From: Macrostomum hystrix
Taxonomy: Eukaryota > Animalia > Platyhelminthes
DNA length: 64,000 nt
NCBI GenBank assembly: GCA_950097015.1
Contig: CATNEN010000039.1
Location: 18,786,001 to 18,850,000 of the forward strand
Direction: 5' to 3'
The position numbers and the translations under genes are program-made. Positions 27,901 to 51,494 of the stretch are shown here, one piece after another. The number at the start of each line of letters is the position of its first letter. Positions within the stretch are counted from its first letter, which is position 1. The notes under the pieces are model-generated. The model had not been told where the DNA came from. It saw only the letters and a program-made list of their open reading frames with translations, and searched no databases.

Positions 27901-29332
27901 TATAACACCCGACCGCTATAGCATATGATCTCTTGTCTTATCTGGCATGTCCACTTTTAAGTTCACATCACTAACGTGTAGCTAACTCTCAGTTGCTCTC
28001 CGTCGAAGTGTCAACTTTTCGAGGGGTTCAAATTAGTGATCCCTGTGAAATCAATGGGATCCCTGTCAAATCGATGGGGTGATCCCTGTCAAATCAATGG
28101 GATCCCTGTCAAATCGATGGGGTGATCCCTGTCAAATCAATGGGATCCCTGTCAAATCGATGGGGTGATCCCTGTCATATCGATGGTGATCACTGTCAAA
28201 TCGATGGGGTGATCCCTGTCATATCGATGGTGATCCCTGTCAAATCGATGGGGTGATCCCTGTCATATCGATGGTGATCCCTGTCAAATCGATGGGGTGA
28301 TCCCTGTCATATCGATGGGGTGATCCCTGTCAAATCGATGGTGATCCCTGTCATATCGATGGTGATCCCTGTCAAATCGATGGGGTGATCCCTGTCAAAT
28401 CGATGGTGATCCCTGTCAAATCGATGGGGTGATCCCTGTCAAATCGATGGTGATCCCTGTCAAATCGATGGTGATCCCTGTCAAATCGATGGTGATCACT
28501 GTCAAATCGGTGGTGATCACTGTCAAATCGATGGTGATCCCTGTCAAATCGGTGGTGATCACTGTCAAATCGATGGTGATCCCTGTCATATCGATGGTGA
28601 TCTCTGTGAAATCGATGGGGTGATCCCTGTCATATCGATGGGGTGATCCCTGTCATATCGATGGTGATCTCTGTGAAATCGATGGGGTGATCGCTGTCAT
28701 ATCGATGGGGTGATCCCTGTCATATCGATGGTGATCTCTGTGAAATCGATGGGGTGATCCCTGTCATATCGATGGGGTGATCCCTGTCATATCGATGGTG
28801 ATCTCTGTGAAATCGATGGGGTGATCCCTGTCAAATCGATGGTGATCCCTGTGAAATCGATGGTGATCCCTTTCAAATCGATGGTGATCTCTGTGAAATC
28901 GATATTCACCACAGTCAAATCATTGCCAGTGTCAGTTTGTTATTAGCCTGTCAGGTAGGAAACATGCACTTCAATATACATTTTCTAGGTACCGAGATTG
29001 ATCCAAAGAATCCCAAGGAGAAGCTCATAGCCACCTGTCTCTACGTGGCGGTGGGCCTGTCTGTGTTCGCCATGTGTTTCAAGCTGATGCAGGAAGAGGC
29101 CATTCAGAAGGTCCGTCGGCTGGGCAGACGACTGGGCATTGTGAAGGCATCTCCGGCGCACCTGGATACAATTAAACGCGGCAAACGACGTAAAAGAAAG
29201 AGACACTCGAAATTTCTACGCCGAGGTCGTGCAAGATCGTCAGCCGATCAAGACGGCACCACTCGTCAAAGCAAGCTTCGGCGAGGCGCAAGTCTGCGAA
29301 GCAGTGGAATTGGCGTTACATTTTATGAATAG
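24955..29332 (+). CDS. Two-pore-domain (K2P; TWK/KCNK18-like) potassium channel
   Basis: Exons 24955-25522, 26210-27373 and 28989-29332 (both introns phase 1). Four TM segments, filters TTIG|YG (split by intron 1) and STIGFG, extracellular cap region, very long M2-M3 loop. Confidence 0.93.
28036..28905. repeat. 21/23-bp minisatellite (GTGATCCCTGTCAAATCGATG[GG])n in K2P intron 2
   Basis: Directly visible. Confidence 0.97.
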
Positions 29333-30882
29333 TTTAAAATATAATACAAGTTTATAGTTTCAAGTGCGCTGTTTTTCTGATTTGTTTTATCTCCAGTACT
29401 TTTTTATAGTAATACGAGTATGTATAATGAAATGCCTCCCAAAGATCATCGATGACTTATTACGCCTTAAAATCCCCTTTGCTTCAACCAAATGATTGCG
29501 AAGAGAAGGAATTTTCTGGATAAACTAACATGCAACTACAACACCCAGAAGTAGTGCTACAATACAGCTATATAATTATTAAACAAAATGTATCGCTCCT
29601 AAATATTTTTCGATCACACACAAGTTCGTGGAAATCATCACCGCAAACTCGCCGACTTATTTAATTTTTTTCTTTCTGGTAAGCTTTATTTATCATTTAT
29701 TTACGCTTGAATACGTAAACTAGCTAATAGGGACAATAATGGAACTGCAGGGAAATCCACTGGACGTATTCAGAGGTATAGGTACAAGAATTGTTGTTGA
29801 GTTTTATAAACTCGTGTGCTTTCAGGGATTTTTGGTATCATGTTATTCTGTTCCATGTAGTTATTTTTCTACTAGTGTTCCATGCATTTCAATGTATTAT
29901 CTGAAGATGACGCAAATTAACTATCTTGTACTAGGATTGTCAGCGTGAAATTAATGAATGAATTATAATTCGTGGACAGATGATTAACTATAATTAAAGA
30001 TGGGTTTACTATTATTACTCCTGTAAACATACAGTATGTACGAGTGCGGCATGTAGCAAAATTATATATAAACATCATTTTAGACGAGAGTTACAAGGCC
30101 CATGTTAGCATTTTTTTTCTTTGCGTCCGAATAAATTGTCGAGTATAAACATTCCTCCTACCGAGAGAACAGATCAAAGACATACCTATTAGAACATTTA
30201 GAGCATCTAAGTACGTTATTTAAATACATTTTTTACCTGATAAAAACTATACAATTTAAATACTTGCTTAAAATAAAAAGCAAAACGGATGCTTGTTAAA
30301 TTAATAAGCAAGCTTATTGCTAACAAAAACTTGAAAATAACGAAATACTATTATAACAACATTTGCTTACTTTATTGAAAGTTTTGTCTAAATCCTCTGA
30401 TAATTTGAGAAAAATGACTTTACTTTTGTTTGTTCAACACATTGTGTGTGTTCTAGTAGGAAAGTAATATAACTAATTTCTTTTTTCTTTGTTTTTGTGA
30501 TTGACAGCTCGAACTCATTTGCTGATCCCGCTGCTGCGACGCTAATCAGCTTTTATTATTTATTCCACCTTGCACCATAACTATAGGCTATAACATCCGA
30601 CGTCCGAAAAAATTAAATTCCCGAATTTGTATTACTAATTGTCAAGCTATAAAGGTCAGGGCCAGGCTCGCATGAACAGATACTTTTCTAATGAGTTTAT
30701 TTGTCTTTGCTTAGCTTGTTGTTTGTTGTAGTCAAGCAGATTTGCGCTATAGTTAGCTAGCTAAAATTTGATAAAGCAATTATTTGCCCAAATTTGTTAT
30801 TGCACATTGAACCAAATTAAACTTATTCAGTTTGCTTTTGACTGTGCAACAAAGTTTGCCTTCCTGCTACAAGCCTACAACA

Positions 30883-42275
<11,393 letters not shown>

Positions 42276-43201
42276 GTTATATATTTTTCCTGCACTTCTA
42301 ACAATGATGCTTGGTGTAATTTTATTATTGCAGTTAAAGACAAACAGCAGAAATAATAATTATTTTATTTCTATGATTTAGGGAGAAAACTAAGACCCCC
42401 CGAAAATGCGGCACCGTTGGCGGACCAAAGGCTGATAATTAACAATCGTTATTACTTAATTTTAGTTTTTCCCTACAATATTAGCAAAAAATGCGTTTGA
42501 TACTACTTGCGCCGGTTTGGTTTTCGTCCCTATTTGATTGCCTGTCCGCTGTGCAACATATATTTACCTATCTCTGTCTATGTTTCGTGTCCATGTACTC
42601 CTAGTTCCGGATTGTAATTCGCATCGTTTTCTGTTTTATTAATGTGTTACTTTTTATTCAATTTAATTTCTTCTTAACTAAATTATCTATATTGCAATGA
42701 TGCGCGTGATTAAATTAAATACTTTTTTAATCATAGACACAGTTTTTTTTTAACAAAAAACATCAATTCTCTTTTGCTTTTGAATCGTCACCGTGTCTAT
42801 AAGCAATTTTTGCACCGCCAAGTCCCACCTTTGTTGTCAGTTTATTTGCTTCTTTTCTTGATCTATATATTTGCAAAAACCGTTTTTTTCGGTTTGAACT
42901 GAACATTTTCAACGTCTGTCCGTTGCCTCAGCTTGCTTCTTTGGCCCAGTTTCTGCTTTAGAGTGTAACTCCTTTAGCACTGAAAATAGATAGCATTTCA
43001 TTGGATTCATCCTGTTTTGTCTCATGAATAGGCACCCCTGTAGTGATATAGCGTATCTCTTGCATATGGAATATAGAATTTCTGGATAGCGCAAAGACTA
43101 CGTCGCATCGGTTTATTTTTTATCGGATTTCCCCTCAAATATTGCGGATTTTCATGTGTGTGATTTACCTTTGCATATCATGTAGGATTAGGACTCCCTT
43201 A

Positions 43202-43414
43202 AGGGTTTCCCTTAGAAACCTGGGGTTTCCCTTAGAAACCTGGGGTTTCCCTTAGAAACCTGGGGTTTCCCTTAGAAACCTGGGGTTTCCCTTAGAAACC
43301 TGGGGTTTCCCTTAGAAACCTGGGGTTTCCCTTAGAAACCTGGGGTTTCTCTTAGAAACCTGGGGTTTCCCTTAGAAACCTGGGGTTTCCCTTAAAAACC
43401 TGGGGTTTCCCTTA
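43202..43414. repeat. 20-bp minisatellite (GGGGTTTCCCTTAGAAACCT)n
   Basis: Directly visible, about 10 copies; internal inverted repeat GGTTTC...GAAACC. Confidence 0.95.
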
Positions 43415-44329
43415 TCGACATCGTATTTTTTTTACCTAGGTAACCCTTTCTAACCCTAGTATTTAGTTTCAGGGATTTCCTTTTTACTAAGACTTACCCT
43501 ATATGCGGGTGGGTGTGTGAAATTTAAAATGCCAAAAGACCCAGTGAACTAAATCAGCAAGGTGTGTCTCATTGTGTTGCCATGCCCGCTTGCTATTATT
43601 ACCATCGACTCATAATTTTACCAGTGTCGCGTGTGTCAATGATATTTTGTCTAAATTTTTTTTATCTTCAATTCTATTGATCATTCAATAGCTTTATTGT
43701 TTGGAGTTTCAATTTCTTGTACATAAACTAACATCTGATAAAGTTGATTAATTTAACACCTGTGCTTTTTCCTATTCTGTTCCTGTCCTCTGATATCCCA
43801 GTGTCTGTCGGTTCTGTGTAAATTCAATTAAAACAAACCTTTCAAAGGTTTGTGAGCAAATGTTTTATATCTGCATAACATAATTATTTCGCTTTAACTG
43901 TCACAGCCCCTGCCATTTACCAGCTTTGCAATTTGGCACAAAACTTTTTAGAAATTCAAATTAAATTACTTGAAAAATTGTGCTTTTCTTTTTTTAAGTC
44001 CGTTGCAAGTAATGTTTGAACCAACTGTTATACATACATATATATGCTTATATATATAAACATGCTTGTCTAATACACGCATATTATATTAAATTGACAA
44101 GTTACTGCAGTTTGAGTTCGGTCCGATCCCACCGCCCCTAGCGCGCTTCTTAACAGCAAAACACTTTCGCAAAATTAATATGACCATAAACAATTTTATT
44201 CGCTTTTTTGCTTTCTAAGCCTGATTCATTGGGTAAATAAATTGGGTAATCTGTGTGGAAATTCAACGGGAATTGGGTAATCTGAATGGAAACTAAACCG
44301 CCTTCAAAATGCACTTCAATCAACTACTC

Positions 44330-45217
44330 GAGCCCGAGCAATCTCAGCTCTTTGACGTATTGCATATATTTTCAGTCGTATTGTTATAGAACCTCTTCTG
44401 GTCGTCAATCGTAACATCCCCCAGATCAATTTTGCCATCTCGTCAGTCTCTGGTGCCTCAGCGTGATAATCACGAATCTTCTCGTAGACGGTGCAGCACC
44501 CATCGTCCACGCCACAAGATGGAGCTTGATTCCTCTGGCGATGTCCTCTGCCTTCCATCGCATTCCTTGACATTTTCTCTGTCGCAGCTTTCCTTCAGAA
44601 ATCTTCCGCTTTGCCCTTTATCAATGTCCGCTGAGTCTTTAGTCGTGAAATCTGAAGGCGCAGCTTCCTGATGGAAGCTTGCTGACGCCGATTTTTATTG
44701 CGCATAGACTTAGCCTTGGTTTTTATTGTCAGCTTTAGCGTGCGCTTGAACATTTGAGACTCGACGGGCTGCTCCTCAAACTTGTCCGACTCCAGCGATT
44801 CTGCCGAGACGTGTCCGCATAGGCTCTCTCTGATGAGCACTGGTGGGTACATGTTATCAGCCTCCTCTTCGGTACGAAGAATCACAGGCAGTAGCCCATC
44901 AGGTAGCAATCGCGGCAGCACTTTCTCTCCAGATTTGGTAGTGCATTCCGAGCTAGACGAGAACCCGGATTATTCCTCATGCCTGCAGGTGGACACGTAT
45001 ATCATTCATCGTCGAAATGCTTACTGCACAATTTTAGATCGCTTGCCCGGGTGTCTTCCAGACGGAGGTCCAGCATTTGTAACTCTAGAATCTCAATCGA
45101 TCAAGTCGCGACGGTATCGTCTTAAGGAAAGTGGTGAAGTCGAACCGTAGCTTGTTGTGCAGAGCCGAGTACACACAAGCTGCCGCAGCCAGCAGCAAAG
45201 CAAATCTTTGAGTTCAT
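44330..45217 (-). pseudogene. Degenerate P-element/THAP9-like transposase (5' part)
   Basis: From ATG 45217: MNSKICFAAGC...LHHFP*D...LCSKHFDDE*...RLARNALP is a THAP zinc finger with in-frame stops. It is followed by a basic coiled-coil-like stretch and a frameshifted RWKAEDIARGIKL motif resembling P transposases. Confidence 0.75.
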
Positions 45218-45607
45218 GAAACTTCTCGGCTTCTATGCAAGGTCAACTTTCTTTTGACCATCAATGTCGACTTCTTCGTCTGCCAAGCATTTTTCAGACT
45301 TTTCTGGCCTTACTGCAACTCACGACTCCGACCATAGACATTTGCAAAAGCGTTCCACATAGGCTAATGGAAGTGAACCATCTAGTGTATATGGGATCTG
45401 TGGCCTAATCTCAAAAGCCAGAGGAAAGATTTTCCATAGACAATAAGATCGATGGTGCCTTTGTAACAAAAATTCTGCCCCAAAGTACAAAAGAAACACG
45501 CTATGTAAGCTTGTCAGCGAATTGATGACACAACCCTCGTATAATCTCGAATAATCTGACAATCTCGTCTTTGAAGCGGCTAAAATCTGGCCTCTAATTA
45601 TCGTCAG

Positions 45608-47104
45608 GCCGGGTTGCGGTTGTCCCATCCGCGATGCCTATTGTTCTACTCGTCGATTGCGGCGCTGTGCCTCATGGTGCTCAATATTGCGCGATTTCTA
45701 AGCGGCGAATCGCTGTGGCAAGCCATCTTCCTGCCTGGTATCGACTGCCCAGACAGCAGCAAGGGTTCTCGATCGAAGGAGCGAGTCGGCCTGATCCATC
45801 ACATCGGCAAATGGACCTTCGAGGAGCCAGCCGGTCTGGCTGAATTATGTCGACGTCGCCCAGCGACTACTGGCGAGAAATTGAAGGAATCGACGCTGTC
45901 GGAACGACGAACGATTTTGGCCATTGTGCCACTAACGATTAACATGATACTGGAGCGCCGAGACATCAGGTGAGCACTGGATGACATTTTGTACATGATT
46001 GGAACAAATAATTTCCATTAACAGTAGATAGACCACGCTATTTTTCCCACTGGGAAAAGACTGGGAAAAGACTATGGCTGCAATAAAATAGTTTAATTGA
46101 CCCCATGCATCAGTGTCTGCCGTTGAGAGGCAGGATTCTATCTGCTATCTGGCTCGAAAGTAGGTCTTTACTACTGTTAACAAGACACTTATCTCTGCAT
46201 TGCTTCAGTTCACCCAGCTGTTAAATGAGTACCAGCATTAGCTGGGATAATGGAGGGTGGGTGTGGCGTCTCCCAGTCCATGGACTGAACAGAAACTTGC
46301 GAAATCTTCTCCACCAATCTTATCAGGCAGACGTGGGGCGCCGATTTGAATGGGAAATTTGGCCAGCTGTTGTTCCTAGTGCAGCTCAGCTCTGGGCAGA
46401 TTCCACCGAGCGCATTGGTCCGGGAAAATGAACTGCACCGCGACATCCTCATCGCGTACCACAGCGGGCTGAGTTCCGGTGACTCGTACAATTTCCTGGT
46501 GCGAAAAGTCCTAGCCGGCCTGAGCTGGTTTGCCAGATCCTGCAGCCAAGGCTTCGACTTTGTACTGAGAGCCGATCAGGACTCCTACTGGAATGTGCCC
46601 TCGATGGCCCGTCAACTGCGACGTCATCGGGCGTCGGACTGGTTGGCGTTTGGCGCCGTACAGCGCGGAGCCGCCGTGTCGCGCAGTTCGGCTTCGAAAT
46701 TCTTCATCTCCAAGGAGGAATATCCGGGCGATCGGTTTCCAGTCTACGTGTCTGGTGGCCCCGGCTACGCGTTGTCTAAGTCGGCCGTCGCGGCGATCGT
46801 CAGAGAAGCTTCCTCGCTGATTCCAATCTCGGGCGCATTGTGGCTGGAGGACGTGTACATCACGGGCATTCTGCCAGCGTCAGCATCCCGCTCTGGCCAC
46901 AATGGACAGAGCAGAAAGTTCCAGCATCTTCACTCTGACTATGTCTTCATCTGCCGCTACTCCAGCCTGTCGGACACAGCGGTTCTGAGTCAGCCGCCCC
47001 TGGCAATGCACAGGATGCGAGGCAGGCAGCTCAGAGCTCTGCACAGCTGGATGCAACAGACGGGCATTGCCGAGACAGCAATCAGACTGCACCGCTTCTG
47101 GTAG
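45608..47104 (+). CDS. GT31 beta-1,3-galactosyl/GlcNAc-transferase, copy 1 (no genomic ATG before the signal anchor)
   Basis: Exon 1 ends at 45969 (AG|GTGAGC); exon 2 46327-47104; the junction gives RRDIRQTWG. DxD motif in LRADQDSY, plus YVSGGPGY and WLEDVYITG; N-terminal type II TM segment. Start uncertain (see findings). Confidence 0.85.
46180..46295 (+). mobile_element. SINE body fragment in the GT31 copy 1 intron
   Basis: Matches the reverse complement of 7630-7750. Confidence 0.7.
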
Positions 47105-47275
47105 ATTCTGCGGAATCGCTTCCTGCTCAAATTAACTTAGCTTCTTGAAAATTCCTCTGTTTTATGAAACCGACAGGTGCCTTTCGAGTATTTTTCATCT
47201 TCAAATTTGTGCTTAACGGAATTGACTCGATTTCGCTTTGATTGCGAAAAAATACAAAATTTCTTCACTTTCTTA

Positions 47276-48260
47276 AGTTGGTCATTCACTCACTATGACA
47301 CTTATTAAGTTGGTCATACACTCACTATGACACCTTATGAGTCGGTCATTCACTCACTATGACCCTTTGAATATGAGTTGGTCATTCACTCACTATGACT
47401 CTTTGAATATGAGTTGGTCATTCATTCACTATGACTCTTTGAATCTGAGTTCGTCATTCACTCACTATGACTCTTTGAATATGAGTTGGTCATTCACTCA
47501 CTATGACTCTCTGAATATGAGTTGGTCATTCACTCACTATGACTCTTTGAATATGAGTTGGTCATTCACTCACTATGACTCTTTGAATATGAGTTGGTCA
47601 TGCACTCACTATGACTCTTTGAATATGAGTTGGTCATGCACTCACTATGACTCTTTGAATATGAGTTGGTCATTCACTCACTATGACTCTTTGAATATGA
47701 GTTGGTCATTCACTCACTATGACTCTTTGAATATGAGTTGGTCATTCACTCACTATGACTCTTTGAATATGAGTTGGTCATTCACTCACTATGACTCTTT
47801 GAATATGAGTTGGTCATTCACTCACTATGACTCTTTGAATATGAGTTGGTCATTCACTCACTATGACTCTTTGAATCTGAGTTGGTCATTCACTCACTAT
47901 GACTCTCTGAATCTGAGTTGGTCATTCACTCACTATGACTCTCTGAATCTGAGTTGGTCATTCACTCACTATGACCCTTTGAATATGAGTTGGTCATTCA
48001 CTCACTATGACTCTCTGAATATGAGTTGGTCATTGACTCACTATGACTCTCTGAATATGAGTTGGTCATCTACTCACTATGACTCTCTGAATCTGAGTTG
48101 GTCATTGACTTACTATGACTCTTTGAATATGAGTTGGTCATTCACTCACTATGACTCTCTGAATCTGAGTTGGTCATTCACTCACTATGACCCTTTGAAT
48201 CTGAGTTGGTCATTCACTCATTATGACTCTCTGAATCTGAGTTGGTCATTGACTTACTTA
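47276..48260. repeat. 36-bp minisatellite (GAGTTGGTCATTCACTCACTATGACTCTTTGAATAT)n
   Basis: Directly visible; no spacers; internal GTCAT...ATGAC inverted repeat. Confidence 0.97.
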
Positions 48261-48675
48261 CCATTGGAAAAATGAGTTAGTCATTGACCCTATAGAACAC
48301 ATTGAACTTGACAATTAGTCACTGTGCTCATTACAATGTGAGTTGGTTAATCACTAATTGATAAAAGATGACTCCGTTAGCGGTCACGTAGCAACTAGGA
48401 TTAAAAAAGGAGACATAAAAAGGATTTTTACAGCGGCAAGAGAAAAACACTAAAGCCTGTACGATCGATAAAATTTCTGAAAAGGCAGAAGAGAAAAAAA
48501 TAGAAAAAAGGATTGACTAGCTCAAAGATAAACTGAGATTATAGAAAATAGCAACATCAAAAATAGGCTAAAAAAACAAAATACAATAGAAAATGAAACA
48601 CGAGACACAAAACACAATACATAACAATTCTCTCATAGACAATTACAGACTAGACTATATACAACTATAGACTAT

Positions 48676-50205
48676 ATCCGGAAAGTAGTGTTACGAGCGT
48701 ACTATTACTCGGTGCGGACGTGTGGAAAGTTGCACTGGCATGAGTTTGGTGTCATTTGAAAGCGGCAAGTCTCTTCTTTAAAATGGCACCAATTGCAAGA
48801 GATTTGAATATGTGCTTCAAGAGATATGGACAATTAAGTAGAGAAAGGTCGGTCATGTATTAGATCATGGATGTTTAATGCGCACTCTATAGGGTTAGAA
48901 AGTCCGAGGCTGCATTTGATGGTCACGAGGCGAGCGAAGCAAGCCGAGGACCATTAAGTGTGGCCGAGGACTTTTTACCATAGAATGCACATTAAACTAC
49001 CGTGATCTTATATGAAATCCGAATTGCTTATTTTTGTTTTGTTTTGCTTATCTTCCTCTTGAGCCGCGCCGAATGCGGTGCAGCCAACGGGAGTGTCGGG
49101 GCAAAGCCCCCACATTGGAACCATAGACAAATTTTCCATAAATTTAAGACAGTATTAGCTAGACGAAATCCGAATTACTTTGTTTTGTAGCTTTCTCTTA
49201 AACCACGTGTCCGCGATGGAAGAAGAATTTGATAGCGACAATGCTGTCTATTACTGACCACGGAGTCAAGTCTATCATCATTGATCGAGCTAAAATCGAA
49301 ATTCAGTTTAAGTGAGTTTGTGAAACGTTTAATGCACTGCCTATTATTGAAAGAAACTCAATATGTTTCCTATATATTCCTTCCAATTGTCTATAGGTTT
49401 GCTAGAAAATTGTCTTTTTGTCTCTTCGTTAAACAGCATGTAATTCCTGTTATTCTTGTTGCATTTAAATAGACTGTTTAGTTCTGTTTAGTCTATGGTT
49501 CAAACTGCTTTCATTTCGTGACCATCAAATGAAATGAGAGGGGCTGCCTCAGAAAACTAAGACCGCAGTTGCTGTTCCTGCAAATCTCGATGGACACTCG
49601 ATTTTCAATCATCGATCATCCATCTGTACATTGCACATCCATCTGTAAAATGGATGTGCATTCCAAGACTGGGCAGCGACACTTTGCCATCTTTACACGT
49701 CGGAGCTCCGGGAGAAAATCGGCTGAGATCTACAGGCAACTTTGCACTGCTCATGGCGACCATGCTGTCAGCAAGATGACAGTAAGCAGGTGGGTGGGCG
49801 AGTTTCAAGCCGGAAGAAGGTCAGGAGGGTGATCCTGCTGCACCAGATTCCGAGAAATCTGTTCGCAGACGCCATCGACAAGATGCGAGACCGATGGGAG
49901 AAGTGCGTCATGTCTGGTGGTGACTTCGTTGAGAAGACAACTCTGGCTGTTAAACGATAAGTGATTTTAGCGTTATTTGCTTGAATAACAATATTTTGCT
50001 TGTTATCACCTGTTATCACCTGTTTCTTACTGTACTTTTGTTGTGTTGCTTGGATTTTCTTGGAGTGATTAACCAAAGTTTTCTGCAGACACAGCTTGTG
50101 AAAGTCTATGACCGACCTTTCTCTACTTAATTGTCCATTTTGCAAGTGCAACTTTCCATACGTCCACACCGAGTAATAGTAACACTACTTTCTAAACGCC
50201 CCTCG
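48676..50205 (+). mobile_element. Non-autonomous, internally deleted mariner with long TIRs and a nested palindromic insert
   Basis: Right end ...CTTTCTAAACGCCCCTCG-TA. About 100 bp of inverted homology between 48680-48856 and 50108-50193. 49630-49960 encodes a mariner HTH (SAEIYRQL...TVSRWVGEFQAGR) fused to the C-terminus (RWEKCVMSGGDFVEK) with the DDD domain missing. Absent at the paralogous site near 57154. Confidence 0.85.
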
Positions 50206-50297
50206 TACGAGCTAAAATATCTCAGTATTTCACAACTGCGTCTTGCTTTGATATTAGGGCACACACATAAATTTGGGAGATTCGATCAGAATAGCAG

Positions 50298-51220
50298 AGG
50301 GTGTCAGACACTTTCTTAAGATGCCAGATGATTCCTCAGGGTGTCAGACACTTTCTTAAGATACCAGATGATTCCTCAGGGTGTCAGACACTTTCTTAAG
50401 ATGCCAGATGATTCCTCAGGGTGTCAGACACTTTCTTAAGATGCCAGATGATTCCTCAGGGTGTCAGACACTTTCTTAAAATGCCAGATGATTCCTCAGG
50501 GTGTCAGAGACACTTTCTTAAGATGCCAGATGATTCCTCAGGGTGTCAGACACTTTCTTAAGATGCCAGATGATTCCTCAGGGTGTCAGACACTTTCTTA
50601 AGATGCCAGATGATTCCTCAGGGTGTCAGACAATTTCTTAAGATGCCAGATGATTCCTCAGGGTGTCAGACACTTTCTTAAAATGCCAGATGATTCCTCA
50701 GGGTGTCAGAGACACTTTCTTAAGATGCCAGATGATTCCTCAGGGTGTCAGACACTTTCTTAAGATGCCAGATGATTCCTCAGGGTGTCAGACACTTTCT
50801 TAAGATGCCAGATGATTCCTCAGGGTGTCAGACACTTTCTTAAAATGCCAGATGATTCCTCAGGGTGTCAGAGACACTTTCTTAAGATGCCAGATGATTC
50901 CTCAGGGTGTCAGACACTTTCTTAAGATGCCAGATGATTCCTCAGGGTGTCAGACACTTTCTTAAGATGCCAGATGATTCCTCAGGGTGTCAGACACTTT
51001 CTTAAGATGCCAGATGATTCCTCAGGGTGTCAGACACTTTCTTAAGATGCCAGATGATTCCTCAGGGTGTCAGAGACACTTTCTTAAGATGCCAGATGAT
51101 TCCTCAGGGTGTCAGACACTTTCTTAAGATGCCAGATGATTCCTCAGGGTGTCAGACACTTTCTTAAGATGCCAGATGATTCCTCAGGGTGTCAGACAGT
51201 TCTTGAGGGTGTCAGGGTGT
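50298..51220. repeat. 40-bp minisatellite (CAGGGTGTCAGACACTTTCTTAAGATGCCAGATGATTCCT)n, about 22 copies
   Basis: Directly visible. Confidence 0.97.
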
Positions 51221-51308
51221 CCATTTTTCATGAATGACTGAAATAGTTATATAGAGGAAGGCGATGGAACTCACCAGGTCCTGGAGCGCTGAGTCTGACA
51301 AGCCTTGA

Positions 51309-51494
51309 TTAGACGTCGCCATCACCTTGACCATGACGCTTCAGAAGATTGATGTCATGCTTAACCTTCAGGTGGTTGTGCAGGCCACTTGTTGATCCAC
51401 CAGCACAAGCAAAGGTCTTGTGGCACAAGTTGCACTTGGTATTAAATTCCGGGTTTTCCATTGACATCTTCGCGTTAATGCTTTCACACACCAT
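51309..51494 (-). pseudogene. BED zinc-finger fragment of a hAT transposase
   Basis: KCNLCHKTFACAGGSTSGLHNHLKVKH fits the zf-BED C-x2-C...TSxLxxHLxxxH pattern; no catalytic domain follows. Confidence 0.7.

Noticed and set aside
47276-48260. 36-bp hairpin-containing repeat resembling a CRISPR direct repeat (also 53965-55412; 28-40-bp arrays elsewhere)
   Set aside because: Units are head-to-tail with no unique spacers, there are no cas genes, and the context is eukaryotic.
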